Source: Camelus ferus
Lineage: Eukaryota
Direction: 5' to 3'
DNA length: 64,000 nt
NCBI RefSeq assembly: GCF_009834535.1
Contig: NC_045696.1
Coordinates: forward strand, 85,190,001 to 85,254,000
Positions 51,735 through 64,000 of the stretch are shown here, one piece after another. Every line of letters starts with the position of its first letter. Within the stretch, counting starts at the first letter, position 1. The notes under the pieces were generated by a model. It made no database searches, was not told the DNA's origin, and saw only the letters and a program-made list of their open reading frames with translations. A program made the translations under genes and the position numbers.

Positions 51735-51948
51735 TCAGGTTGACAGATAAAGTACAGGGTAGCCAGTTATATTAGAAGGTCAGCTGAACAGCAAACACTT
51801 TTCTTTCTTTCTTTTTTTTTTTTTTTAGTGTAAGCATGTCTCATAAATCTACATGAGGCATACTTATACTAAAAAAAAATTTACTTGTTGTCTAGCTAAA
51901 ATTCACATTTGGTGTTTTGTCTTGTTTTTGCTAAATCTAGTAACCCTA
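51735..51948. mobile_element. MER53 palindromic hAT MITE
   Basis: GGTTGACAGATAAAGTACAGG...TTTTAGTGTAAGCATGTC...CATACTTATACTAAAA...TTTGCTAAATCTAGTAACCCTA. Confidence 0.82.
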
Positions 51949-53388
51949 ATTGGAGGTCAGATGGCCTGCAGAGAATGGGAAGAAGCCCCTAGCAGTAAGG
52001 TTTAGCAAAAGCTGAGAAAGGTGTTAGAGGGAAGTTCAGTGCAGGGCGCGCAGATTGGTAGGAAGAATGGAAGGAAAGCAGGACACTGAAGTGAGAGCTC
52101 CTCTCACAACAGGACCAGGCCAGCAGGGATGGACGGGGCTCTCAAGGGACTTGGCTGCATTTCTAAGATCCCGGCTGTGTTTCCAGGACTGGCTGTCGGC
52201 AGCTCTCAGTTTGCATATTTAGTGTTTCCATTGAAAGTTAAGTGACCCAAGGAAAATAAAGATTAACATCATAAGGGCAAAAGCTGATCTAAATATTAAC
52301 ACTTTAGTAGAAATAAGGTTTCCTTCTTTCTTAGCCTAAATCTCTAAAGCTCTGAATATGCATTTGAGCTTATTTTGTTGTTCATTTTTGGATTTTTGTT
52401 TTCTTATCTTTTCTACTTTAGAAGAGATAAACTCTGGGAAATGCAAGTTTCATAAAATGTATTTATAAAGACTTTTGAATCGTACTAATGAACTCTGAAC
52501 TAAAGAATGAGGGGAAAATAACATAAATCAGAAAATATTATTTGTAGATTCTTCAAGCTAATTCTATTTATAACACTAGACTTTGCAATCTCAGATTTCA
52601 TTTTCAAGTTATTACAAAAAAAACCCCTATTTACCATGTTTTACTTGCCAATCTGAGTTAATAGAAAATGAATTACTCAGACTTTGTAATAAAAGTTTTT
52701 TTTTTATACAAAGTAACCTTTGTGGGAGTTAAAGAAACCTAATGATGATAAAAAATAATTAAAATTCAAGGATGTACAAGTCCTAATCTTGTCTTCTCCA
52801 TCAACTTGATGGAGAAGATATTTTATTAGTACCCAGGCTTATAATAGACTATGTGTAAATTAAGATAGATTTTTTGATCTCCACCTAAATTATAGTAGAG
52901 AGCGACATTAGAAGGTTTATATCTTTCTCTAATTAATTACATTCTTTTTTCTACCATTAGTACAATGGAGATCATTTATATGTAATGAAAAAGTAATATT
53001 AAAGTGAGAAAATTTATTAACTTTGAAATAGAAATTAAACTTCATCTTTGCAATTGCCCTTTCTTATGTGGAAACTTTTACAGAAAATTTGCTTAAAACA
53101 TAAATTTATATTCATTGCTGTCAAATGACAAAAATAAAACAGGTAATGGGTTTTGTGTTCTTTATTCAAGGGAAAGCAGCTCTGTGGCAGGGTGGGGGGT
53201 GGGGGGGTTGGATACCGTGCCTCACAGGCAGTGGGGCTTTCTTTGATATTTGGGCAAGAGTGAGTTATTGAACTTTAGAAGCAATGAGTTCTGTGGTTGC
53301 ATCTATGACCTTATTAAGAAAGATTAAATAACAAGGAAATAAGAGTAGAGCCCTGAGTTGATATTTGGCGATTGGCTGACTGAATGTA

Positions 53389-53573
53389 CAGTTGACCCTT
53401 GAACAAACACTGGAGTTGGGGGTGCCCACCCTCCTGCAAAGTTGAAAATCCAGTATGATTTACTGTTGGCCCTCTGTAGAGGCAGTTTGACAGCCTCAGG
53501 TTCAAACAGTGGAGGATCATGTACTATAGCATTTATTACAGAAAAAAAAATGCATGTAAGTGGACCTGTGCAG
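53389..53573 (+). mobile_element. Tigger2a/MER8-like MITE, right end missing
   Basis: TA|CAGTTGACCCTTGAACAA left TIR...TAAGTGGACCTGTGCAG. Confidence 0.85.
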
Positions 53574-53579
53574 CTTATT

Positions 53580-53760
53580 TTAATTTAATTTCATCTCATT
53601 TTCGTAACAAATTGGCTTAGAAGGTATTATCTCTACTAGTTAGATGAAGAGATAGATTGAAATAAATTGGGCAAAGTCAAGCGGCTGGCATGGTTTAAAG
53701 TGGGCTTCTGACCCAAGTCTTTCTGATACCAAAGCCCTTTTTTTCCCCACTAGATCATGT
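53580..53760 (-). mobile_element. MIR fragment
   Basis: GGTATTATCTCTAC...TAGATGAAGA...ACCCAAGTCTTTCTGATACCAAAGCCC. Confidence 0.65.
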
Positions 53761-54292
53761 TGTCACCTTTCCAATCTAGAGTTTGCTATGTTTACTATTA
53801 TTTCTTAATCCCCACTGTGTCCAGTGCTTACTCATAATTCTGTGCTTAGGCTGAAACTCCATGCACTAGGAAGGTAACAATGGTTATCCATGTGCCCTAC
53901 CACCTTGCTGAGGAAATAAGAAGTCTAAATTATCAGATGAATGCCTTCATTTTGCATTTACAAATTAAAATTTTAATGCTGAAAACAGAAATCCAAAAGT
54001 AGAGTTTTTGAAGAGCAAATCAAATTAATTTCTTTTGTTCAGTTGAATTTTGTGTTTGTTGGTAGATGTAGATAATTCATTTATCCCTGGAACATCACCA
54101 TTGTTTATTCATACAAAACCTCTCTTATGTTTAAAATAATTTTCTTACTTTTCCACTTATTCTTTATTCTTAAATTCCCCTCCACTTTTACACCCTTTTG
54201 TCAAGCATGTCCGCATGCAGGTGGGGCATCTGTTCATGAATACATAGGTAACTGTGTCTTCACTTCTATTTCAGATTCTTGTCCTTTGGTAT

Positions 54293-54917
54293 TGATCCAG
54301 GAAAAAAGGATATGGGGCATGAGAAGGGCCATGTCCCAGGCTTTGGTTGAGCCCCTGGGATGTACCCTGCAAAGTGTGGATCCTTGGCTTCGCACAGGAA
54401 ATAATTTAAGAGCGAGCTACAGTTAAGAGAAGGTAGATTTATTTAGAGAGTTACATCAAAAAGCAAGACAAAGGCCACGAGGTGTGGGGGTTGGGTGCTC
54501 AGATTAGAGTAAAAGTAGGTACACACTCCATAGACAGAGTATGGGCCATCTCTGAATGGGAGAGAGAGAGAGGGCCACTGCAAGGCACCATGTTGTCAGT
54601 TTCTATGAGCTCAGTGGCTTCATATGCTAATAGGTGGAAGGACCAGTCTAGCTAGTCTAGGGTAGGGGCTGGGATTCCTAGGAAGTTGGCCATTTCCCAC
54701 TCTTTGACCTTTTGTGGCTAGCCTGGTGCCTGTGGGCATGTTATTCACCATGTTAATATATTACATTGGGCGTATAGTGAAGCTCAAGATCTGCTAGAAG
54801 TCAAATCTCCCACCATCTTGAGCCTCACGTCGTACTGGGGGTTGAATCTTTCACCATTTTGATGTTAATTGCTGTAGCATTCCTTGAATGGCTGTGACCT
54901 GCCCACTTCCTGTCTCA
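54293..54917 (-). mobile_element. ERV1-type solo LTR (copy C) in intron 2
   Basis: TG...CCTGTCTCA with exact 4-bp TSD GTAT (54289-54292 and 54918-54921); homologous to 28850-29449. Confidence 0.92.
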
Positions 54918-55997
54918 GTATTAAATGGAAATTTATTTAGACCTCCACCTGCATGGATAGAATTTTTCTAATTTCACCTCCTGTGTGAGGTATGTAATTG
55001 ACTCTTCAATGGAGAGATTTAAATCCCTCCACTTTAGAATCATTTGCATTTTGAGCCTTCCATTTTTGAGCCAGATTGTTTCATTTCTCAGGTTGTTACG
55101 TTCTGCTAATTAAAATTTAACATTGGTATTGTTTTCATGGCTGATTTTAAAAGTTAAAGATTTACTGTATCTATTTCAGCTATCAGTTGTGCACTGCAGC
55201 TTCATTTTTATCATCGTTGTGAAATAAATTTCAGTCAATTTAACTTTATAACTCAAGTAAAATGTAAAAAAAAAAGGATAATTTACTCTACTTCATGTTT
55301 TTGTCAGAGTCTTAATGTATTAATCCTGAATCGTATGTTTCTGTTTGTTCAGAAGTTTCCCCTCAGTCTTATCTTCTGATCTTGTCACACTTCGTCCCTT
55401 GAGATGAAAGCACCACACCAGCTCTTCATTTAATGGTATACTAAAGAACAATTTTTAAGAAATAAAAGGAAATAGCATGTTGCCTCAAAAACTGCTAAGG
55501 AAACCAGTGTCAAATAACATGTTATTAATTTCAAATGGAGGAACTTGGTTGTCCACATGGCCACCAGGGCAGAGCTGATGAACACTTTGCATCCTTACCC
55601 TCAATGGCATCGGGGTCTAGTGGTGTTTGTCCCGATTTCACAATTTTGCCTCCGAGTGGAAAGCTGGAAACAAAATAATACACCAAAGGACAAAATGGAA
55701 ACAAATGTTTTAAAGTGATAAAAGCTATACAGAGTATTCAGTTAATTCCTTAAAAAACATGAGCACACAAGTGAAGGAAGTGTGTGTCCCAGGAATCTGC
55801 ACCCTTCCAGGGCGCTATATATAGTGCATATCAAGATATTTTATATTGGCATAATCTTCCTGGTAGAGAAAATATGGAAAACTTTCATAAAGATTTTGCC
55901 TATGATTTTAAACTTCCTGCTAGAAAATCACAAATTGAACAGAAAAATATTTCCCAGAGCTCATATGGAGTATAACCATCAATAACAAACCTAATTC

Positions 55998-56622
55998 TCT
56001 TTTTATTCCCCAGTTTAATTGAGAAATAATTGACATACATCCCTGTATAAGTTTAAGATGTACAGCATGAGAGTCTGATTCACATGTATTGTGAAATTAT
56101 TACAGAAGATTTTGTTAACATCCATCATCTCATATAGATACAATAAAAAGAAAAGAAAAAGTTCTCCTGGTAATGAGAACTCTTAGGATCTACACCAGCA
56201 ACTTTACTGTATATTGTACAGCATCGTCATGTTGTACATTACATCCCTTCTACTTATCTATCGTATAAACAAAAGTTTGTACCTTTTGACCGTTTCCTCC
56301 AATCCCTCTTTCCCACCCTCAACCTCTGGTAATCACAAATCTGATCTCTTTTTCTATGAGATTGGTGTGTTTTTGTTTTTGTTTTTAAATTCTATGTATA
56401 AGTGAGATCATGCAGTAGTATTTTTCTTTCTGCCTAAATTATTTCATTTAGCATAATGCCTTCAAATTCTGTCCACGTTGTTGCAGATGGTAGAATTTTC
56501 TCTTATTTTACGACTGAATATCTATATCTATCTATCTATATCTATATCTATATCTATCTATCTATCTATCTATATATACACATACCACAACTTCTTTATC
56601 CATTTATCCATTAATGGATATA
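55998..56622 (-). mobile_element. L1 3' end containing a (TATC/TA)n tract at ~56518-56578
   Basis: TTTAATTGAGAAATAATTGACATACA...ATGAGAACTCTTAGGAT...TATAAGTGAGATCAT...ACCACAACTTCTTTATCCATT. Confidence 0.9.
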
Positions 56623-59454
56623 TATTTTTAAAAACTCAGTAAGCAAGAATATAGCCTACCTAAAACTTACATTTTTGTCTCCAAAATAAATTTCAGCTTC
56701 TATAATTACTGTGAAAGTAGAGAATGAATTTAAATCATCTAACACAATGTCTGTCATATAGTAAGCATGATTAAGAATGGCAATTTTTAATGATATTTTT
56801 AATAATCTTAACATTAAAAATCCTAAGAATGTGTAGAACTCTAGTGACTACTGTAAAATACTAAAGAAATAAGGGCATTTCCCAATAAATTATGATAATA
56901 ACATAATTCTTACCTTGATAATACCTTTTTTTGAAGTTTGATAGTGAAGGAAATTTAACTAATGGCCATGCTCTACTAAATATCCTAAAGTCAACTTTTA
57001 CTATTATAAATTTAATCATAAAAACAATGCCTCTTCTCTTAGATAACTTGTGTACATTATCCTATTATGTACTTTACCTTAGAAGGTACTATAATATGAA
57101 AATATGCTACTCTTAGATAATAAAAATGCATAGTAATAGGCGTGAGATTAGTTAGTTACTAATTAATCTAATTAGTAGTTACCTAGCACATTTGTTTTAA
57201 GTTACCGATAAACTTATGCTAAATATGAGCAATGAATCTAAATAGTTATGCATATGCAATTATATAGACACATACATAATGCCAAGTAACATATTTCTAT
57301 GCATCTTGAATGTCAAAAAGAATCTTTAAAATCTACTCATTCATCCCAAATTCTTATTATATAGCAATGAAATGAAAGTGTCCTATATTTAAGTTGTTAT
57401 GCCACACAAGACACCTACAAATATTGTGATTTGGCAATGGTTTGATGTCTTGACATTAAAGTTAAAAAACTCTCATAAAATGTTTAAATTGAAACCACAT
57501 GGAAATTGGGTTTAGCTATTTTTTTGTACCTGGACTTCAATATTTTCATTTAGATTGGCTTAATGTTATCCATCCAACCTCCCAAATAGTCTACAGAAAA
57601 TAAAGGATAAATATTTTGACAATATAGAAAAATGAAAGTTCATGACAGTTTTGTCTTCCACAAGCTAAATACTAAATAATGTATGGACACCCACTAATCA
57701 CCAAAGGAAATAATTTCATAATATCTTGAGAAATACATATGGATCATCTGCTTTTTAAATATAAAAGGTAAACATAGACTTTGGCTTTCTTAGTGATGAA
57801 ACTATGTATATAAATTCAAAAGGAATAAGTAACTGTTAAGTGTATCACTCCATAATTGATGACAGTTTTCTCTTTTCCTATATTTCACTTTCTTAACTTA
57901 CCCACAGGTAGCATTATATTCAACTTTCTTCTGTAGTATATACCTCTATTTTGTAGATATAAATGGAATTCTGGAATATTCACAGCAGTCTGAATGCTTT
58001 CAAAATTGGCCTTCTTGAGTTCTAGTAGGAATAAGGTAACCACAATACAGTCATAGCCTTTAAAATTAAATATTTATTTATTAAGTTTACAAAAGAAAAC
58101 TAAACTTGGTATTTAATTTAAATAGATTTTTCCTAAATACAATCTTTTCACAGTGGATTGATTATGTAGTATTTGTTTATAAAATATCACTGGATATTAG
58201 AAATTAAACATACCAAAAGCTACTTTAAAAAATGCAAACTTTTTTCATGGTTTCCTCACAATGTATGCAACTAGTATACAAAGACTAGCTATGTATTTGA
58301 TGTGTCCAGAAAAATTCCTTGAAATCTATTTTTCATCAGTATTTATGAATTCATAAATGGCATCTGACATTTCTATCACTCCTTTTTCAATAGCTGGTGT
58401 CAGAATACTTAACATTATTTAAAATAAGCAAGACTATACGAGGCAGTCAATTTTTCTTAATGAAAGCCAACTCAACAAAACCTATTTGAATCATAAAAAT
58501 TTAACTATGAGTAAAATACATTTTATTTTAAAAATTCTACTAAAATTTCTCCATTTTGATCTCAATTTTTAAAATGAATATCTTAATGTACTCCTACAGT
58601 GATAACTGGTCATTAAAAACAACTGTAACTATTACAAGTGTAATAAAATATTATTATGTTCCAGATAGGGAGAATTTCAATGCTATTTCCTAAGGAAAAT
58701 TTGGCATTGGACAAATAAGCTTCTAAAAATATTACTTTATTTTAAAACTGTCCTTTACCATGAGAGATTGGAACAAAAACAATTTTTTTAAAGAATCTTG
58801 AATGATATCAGAAAGGTAGACAAACATTATAATTCAACTATAGTTTACCTTAATCTACAGGATTTTTACTCTGAACTTACTTTAAAAGAATAGAAAATTT
58901 TAATAAATTAATGTGAGAAACCTGATGAAAAAATTTTTTTTGGTTTTCTGTAATATTTACTCCAAAAAATAAGAAAGAAATGAAAATTATATACTATTTG
59001 AGTTTCTATTTCCATTCCACCAACCAACAACAAAAAATTAATGACTTCTTTAGGAAAATATGATACATCATAGTTGTTTAAAGTTTTGATAATATTGATA
59101 GTTTCTATTCATAGATATAGCATCATTATAATTGTTTCTGTAAGACTGCAGTATTCTAATCAAGCTATTTTTTCTAACTGAGTTTTGCATAATCAACCAA
59201 CACCATCATGGAAAGCACCCAATTTGGTCATTAAAATAATAAGGACAATATTTTATCCATTTTGGCTACTATTTAGGCAGATTAAAATAAACTATATAAT
59301 TATTATTATAAAGATGTGATTATACTACTATTCGGGCATCTGGTTTTAGTCCCTTTTTGTTTTATCCAATGTTATAAACATAGGTGATGATTATAAAAAA
59401 TCAAATGTGTTGCATTAAATTTTAATCTCACATTTCTTATAATACTTTATAATT

Positions 59455-60200
59455 TCATTCACTGAATAAATATTCATTGAGACCAATTATGAACCAGACA
59501 CTGTGCTAAATGCTGTGGAGTCAGTAGGAAAGTGACAAGGGAGAACGATTTGGAAACGTGTTGCAGTGGTTCAGGGCAGCAATAATAATGGCCTAGATTA
59601 GCAGGGTTATGTTGGGAATTAAAAGACCAGGCAGAAGACGGATTTGAGAGGTTCAGTGGTTATAAGCCATCATGTTTGGTGATTACTTAGTTAGATGCGG
59701 AGAATATGTAAGAAGAAAAGGAAATCAAGGAATGTTACCTGATTTTCTGACTTGACTAGCCAGGGTCTTTTACTGACTAGGTACATGTGGAGGCTAGTGT
59801 TAAATTGATGAGTTCAGTCCTTCATACATTGAGTTAGTACATATGAGACACCTATGGGGATAGGCTGAGTAGGCACTTGGATATAAATGGTAATCAATCA
59901 AATTGTTTGAGATCTCTAGGGTATTTTATATAGGATGATAAGCCGAATAGGCACAGGCTACCTGACAATACCTAATGTTGGATGAAGATAAGGAAAAGGT
60001 GCCTATAATTTAGGGTAAGAAGGAGTGACTAGAAAATTAGAAGAAAAAAATGAAAAGAACAAGAAATGTGTGCTGTTTGTAAAGGTAATGGAAGAATGTT
60101 TGTCAGAAAGAAAGGTAAAAGTTTGGTGAAGTAAGGACTAACAACATGACGTTTATAGCTGATGATTTAGGTCATTGGTGTCATCCATCTGTGCTGTATC
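59455..60200 (-). mobile_element. L2 remnant
   Basis: TTCATTCACTGAATAAATATTCATTGAGACC...CCAGACACTGTGCTAA...GAAATCAAGGAATG. Confidence 0.75.
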
Positions 60201-60689
60201 TTAGATCTTCCAGAATCATATGATGGTAGAGAAATATCTCTCCATCTGCCTATATACACATAATTTTGCAAGCATTAAGTTAAATATTTAAAATATGTAA
60301 TAAAAATCTATGATACTAAGGAATATAATTTTAAGTTTAAAAATCCCTTTGGAAATATATTTGTGTTCCTTTAATAATCAATGCTGAAATATGCACTAGT
60401 CAAACTTCTACCTTTTCCAAACCAACAAACCCCATCAACTGTTCCTTCTGGGATTCCAAAGCTGGCAACAAAATTCACTGCAGTTTCAACTTTTGAATAT
60501 TTCCTTAACTCTGGCTTTAAGTCATGTCTGGCTGATCCTGAAGACTGTATTTCACCTTCAGCCCATTCAGCTGATGGCTATTTTTATTCTACTATTCATT
60601 TACCTCAGATTTTTATATGTATCTACTTGAGTGCTGGTTATCATTTTCAAAAAATAATTCTTCCCTCCTCCCTCAGAATATTTCAATTC

Positions 60690-63000
60690 ACTTGATGCAG
60701 ATTCTGTCAGACTATGCTACCCATTTGCCTATTTTTGCTGTAGTCATCTACCTAAATCCTAGTGAACCCTGTTCATTCATTGAAGATTTTTAGCATCTAG
60801 CTTTCTTTCCTTCTCTTTATCATAAATCATGTAAGCATTTTTAACTATTTCAGGGCTGATACTAACAATCTATCTGGAGGGGAAGGTAAAGATCAGTGGT
60901 AGAGTGCATACTTAGTTAGCATGCACAATGTCCTGGGTTAAATTCCCAGTACCTCCTTAAAATAAATTTTAAAAAATCTAATTACCCCTCCCCAAATAAT
61001 CTATCCAATACTTTGACTTCTTCTATTTTTCAAACTTTCTCATCATCAAGAATCAAAACCTTATTTATGTCTAAATATATAATTGTAACCAAATAGTTAA
61101 TGTGCCCGGAAATATACACAGGCACACACAAACACACACACACACCTTGCTATTAAAATCAAGACCTTACACTCAAGGTCTTTAATGTTGTTTAGCATTA
61201 AATGTCCCTCACCAATTCATTTCCTTAACTTTTCTAGGTAACATTTATACCTTCAATCTCTTCAAAGCTCTCTAAATCTAACAGATCTCTCTAAATGAGT
61301 TATTGCTACCAATTGCTTACTTTTCTCCTCTCTTTCTATATTTACACTATGTCACTATCCCAGTCACCTCATGTTGATTACTGTCATAATGGTTGGCACT
61401 TACTTGCATATTGTCAAATCATAGTCATTTCTCAATATTCTTATTTACCCTATCATCAGTGTTCAGTGTCTTTTGCATTCTCTCTTCCTTGAAATGTCTT
61501 CTTCAGTTAGATCTTGGGAACCCAGCAACCACCAGGTTTTGTCTAACCTTTCCAAACCTGCTATTTTAAACTCCTTGGTATTTCCTCATCTCTAAATGTC
61601 ACGGTGTTCTAAAACTCAGTTCTTGGACATGTTCTCTTTTCTGAACATATTTATTCTATGGATGATCCCACCCAGTTTCATACCTTTAACTACCATCTAG
61701 ATGCTGATGACTTCCAAAGTTATATTTGCAGCCCAGACCTCTCCCTGAAACCCTGGACCCTGTGTACCTATCCACTTCGATATCTAGTATCACAAGCTTT
61801 TTATAGCCATCATTTGCTTTTAATATTTTCCTCACAGGCTTTCCCATCTCAGTTAAAAACAACTCCATTCCTCCATTTGCTTATGCCAAAACCCTCAAGA
61901 TAAATGTTGCTGTCTCCCGTTTTATCATTCCCCACATCCAGTACATCAGTAAATTCTGTCAGCTTGACCTTTAAAAATGTAACCAATTAGAATTCTCTTC
62001 AAGAGTACACATTGCTTATAATTTTGAATGTTCATTATAGATATTCTTATCTAAAATAGTTATAAATATAGTCTGGGCAATAGGTGGTATTAAGAAATCA
62101 TTGTTAAAGTTACTAGGTATGACATTGTTTTGGATAAGTAGAAATATGCCTGGGGGGAAGAATTGCTCAGGTGAAGAATGTGATGTCTGTACTACAGCAT
62201 AAAACAAACAAATAAATAAATGAGTTAGAAAACACCCAGAATTTAACCAGTCTTGGCTACTTCCACTGCTATTACTTAGGTTCAAACCAGCATCATCTCC
62301 CACATGTATTTTTGCACTAGCCTTCAGTCTGGGGTCTGTTTTCTGTGTTTGTTCAACTTCCATCTGTTCTCAACACACCAGCCAAAAGAAGCTATTAAGT
62401 TTGTCAGGTCATGTCATTTTTTTGTTTAAATGCTTCTTTTGCTTTCATCTCACTGGGAGTAAAACGAAATCTCTACCAATGATTTATAGGCCCCCTTCAA
62501 CAATCTCTTGCCTGACTTCTTCTCCTCTGCCTTTGCTGCATCCATTCCACACCAGCCACACCGGTTTCCCTGCTGCTGCTTGAAGTGACTGGGCACATCC
62601 CATGCTACGTATAACCAGGACCTTCGGCACTGATCTTCTTCACTGGTCTCTTTGCCTCCTTCTCTAGAAGAGGACGTGAAGATGTTGTTCATTTTCTTCA
62701 GGTCGATTGAAAAAATCACCTCCCCAGTGGAGAATTTGCTGGCTACCTTCACACATTTTTCAACTTTCTACACACTTAACATTTTCCTTCTCTGCTTCTT
62801 TTGTCCCCTTCGCATATCTTATTTAATGGGTTGATCTTATTCATCATCTCTCTCTCTCTCTCACCAAAATATGAGCTCCAGAAGAACAAGAGCTTGTTTG
62901 TTTAGAACTGTGTAATCCAGTTCCCACAACATATTTGGGCACATAATAGATAGTCAAGGATAACTGCTCAGTAAGTGAGTAAATGAATAGTTGAATGGAT
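60690..63000 (+). mobile_element. Long, interrupted L2 remnant
   Basis: TCATTCATTGAAGATTTTTAGCA...GCTGATGACTTCCAAAG...TTCCCATCTCAGT...AATATGAGCTCCAGAAGAACAAG...TGAGTAAATGAA; interrupted by a SINE and an AT-rich L1-like piece (~61985-62230). Confidence 0.78.
60876..60994 (+). mobile_element. tRNA-Ala-derived SINE (second, more diverged copy)
   Basis: TCAGTGGTAGAGTGCAT...TTAGCATGCAC...TCCTGGGTT...CCCAGTACCTCC and the same CTAATT-CCCC tail as the 15070 copy; TSD AACAATCTATC (60864-60874) and AATAATCTATC (60995-61005). Confidence 0.88.
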
Positions 63001-64000
63001 TCTTTTTGTCTTCTCTACCTCTAAGGCTTTCCAGAGCTAGGTTTTTAGATCTCTTCCCTTTGCTTTTCCTATATGCTTCCTTGTAAGCTCATCTATTTCT
63101 ATGAAGTCTGGTACCATCCCTAATGGATGTGTCTCCGAATCACCACCATTTTCTTTTACTCTTATTTCCCGTCCCATTGAGAATCACTGATTTATAGTAT
63201 GGGAAGCAGAAACGCCAAGAGTATATTTTTTTCAAACTACACCAACAAAAGAGAAAGTTAGCAATACGAGACAAAAAGATGGTAGTAGCAAAAGAGGCAC
63301 CGAGTAAAAGTAAATACATATTTTAATGAAAAGCTATCTCATGAATAACACTCTCATCACTGGACTGTATGGATAATATGAATTACTGGTAAATGAATGT
63401 CTAAAGGAATGCATTTTCCAAAAAAAAAGTGTGGATGATAATATTTAAAATTACAAATGAGTTTAAAAGATGCAGTGCTTTTTTATTTTAATTACTTTTT
63501 AATTCTGAAAATATGGAAAGAGATGATGTTAGAAGTTGAAAATCTAAACACATACTTAAGTAAGGATTTCTTGGTTTTTCTTTCACTTCCGCAAATAAAG
63601 CTTTGCTTTTTTTAATTACATTTCTAACAAACTATGATGCATCAGAAAGAGCGTGGCTATTAGACAAATCCAAAGTGGATTTTTTGAAGCCCACGTTTAC
63701 CACAGAGTTGCCAAGGTAACTAATTCCTCTGTTCTCTATTTCCCTAATAAAACCTGTCTCATATATTTATTGGCAAAACTTGTGCAGTGAGTAATATGTG
63801 TCCTACTGTGGAAGTCAGCAAAGAACAGCCAGGGTGGCTCTGCTCTGGTGGTTACAGGACAGTGTCGTTTCTGTCCTATTACCTTTGTCTTCCTCTTCAT
63901 CATCATAGTTTCCATTCGTTAAATATTTCATTAAGATCCAGGTATGGCTCTAAACATCCTATATAGATATTTCATATATTTTGAAAAATACATTTAATAT

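Larger units (their letters stand above)
40152..64000 (+). other. BCHE: BCHE intron 2 (partial)
   Basis: Begins GTAAGT. No exon 3 sequence recognised before the window end, consistent with the tens-of-kb intron 2 of mammalian BCHE. Confidence 0.85.

Noticed and set aside
48840..63000. Oppositely oriented L2 copies forming dsRNA in intron 2
   Set aside because: The copies look too diverged for long duplexes; not computed.
1..64000. The other 60-130 aa ORFs in the track
   Set aside because: No recognisable domains; many start at non-ATG codons, overlap repeats or microsatellites, or are antisense shadows of exon 2.

Overview
AT-rich mammalian genomic DNA containing the 5' half of the butyrylcholinesterase gene BCHE on the + strand: TATA-less promoter, exon 1 (~33331-33454), 5.2-kb intron 1, the 1525-bp exon 2 (38627-40151; signal peptide and catalytic triad S198/E325/H438) and the first ~24 kb of intron 2. 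I found no exon 3 or 4. The rest is intergenic or intronic DNA with old repeats (L2, MIR, MLT1, MLT2, hAT and Tigger MITEs, L1) and younger ones (artiodactyl-type L1 ends, four ERV1-type solo LTRs, two tRNA-Ala-derived SINEs). The SINE type, with no ruminant or pig SINEs recognised, suggests a camelid (inference). I see no evidence of a new multi-gene system. The best leads are the G117S/P285L/F398I/N68K active-site substitutions, an exon-1 uORF whose stop codon lies inside a competing splice donor, two LTRs stacked at one target site, and several perfect fold-back palindromes. Repeat family names and cross-species comparisons are from recalled sequences, not database searches.
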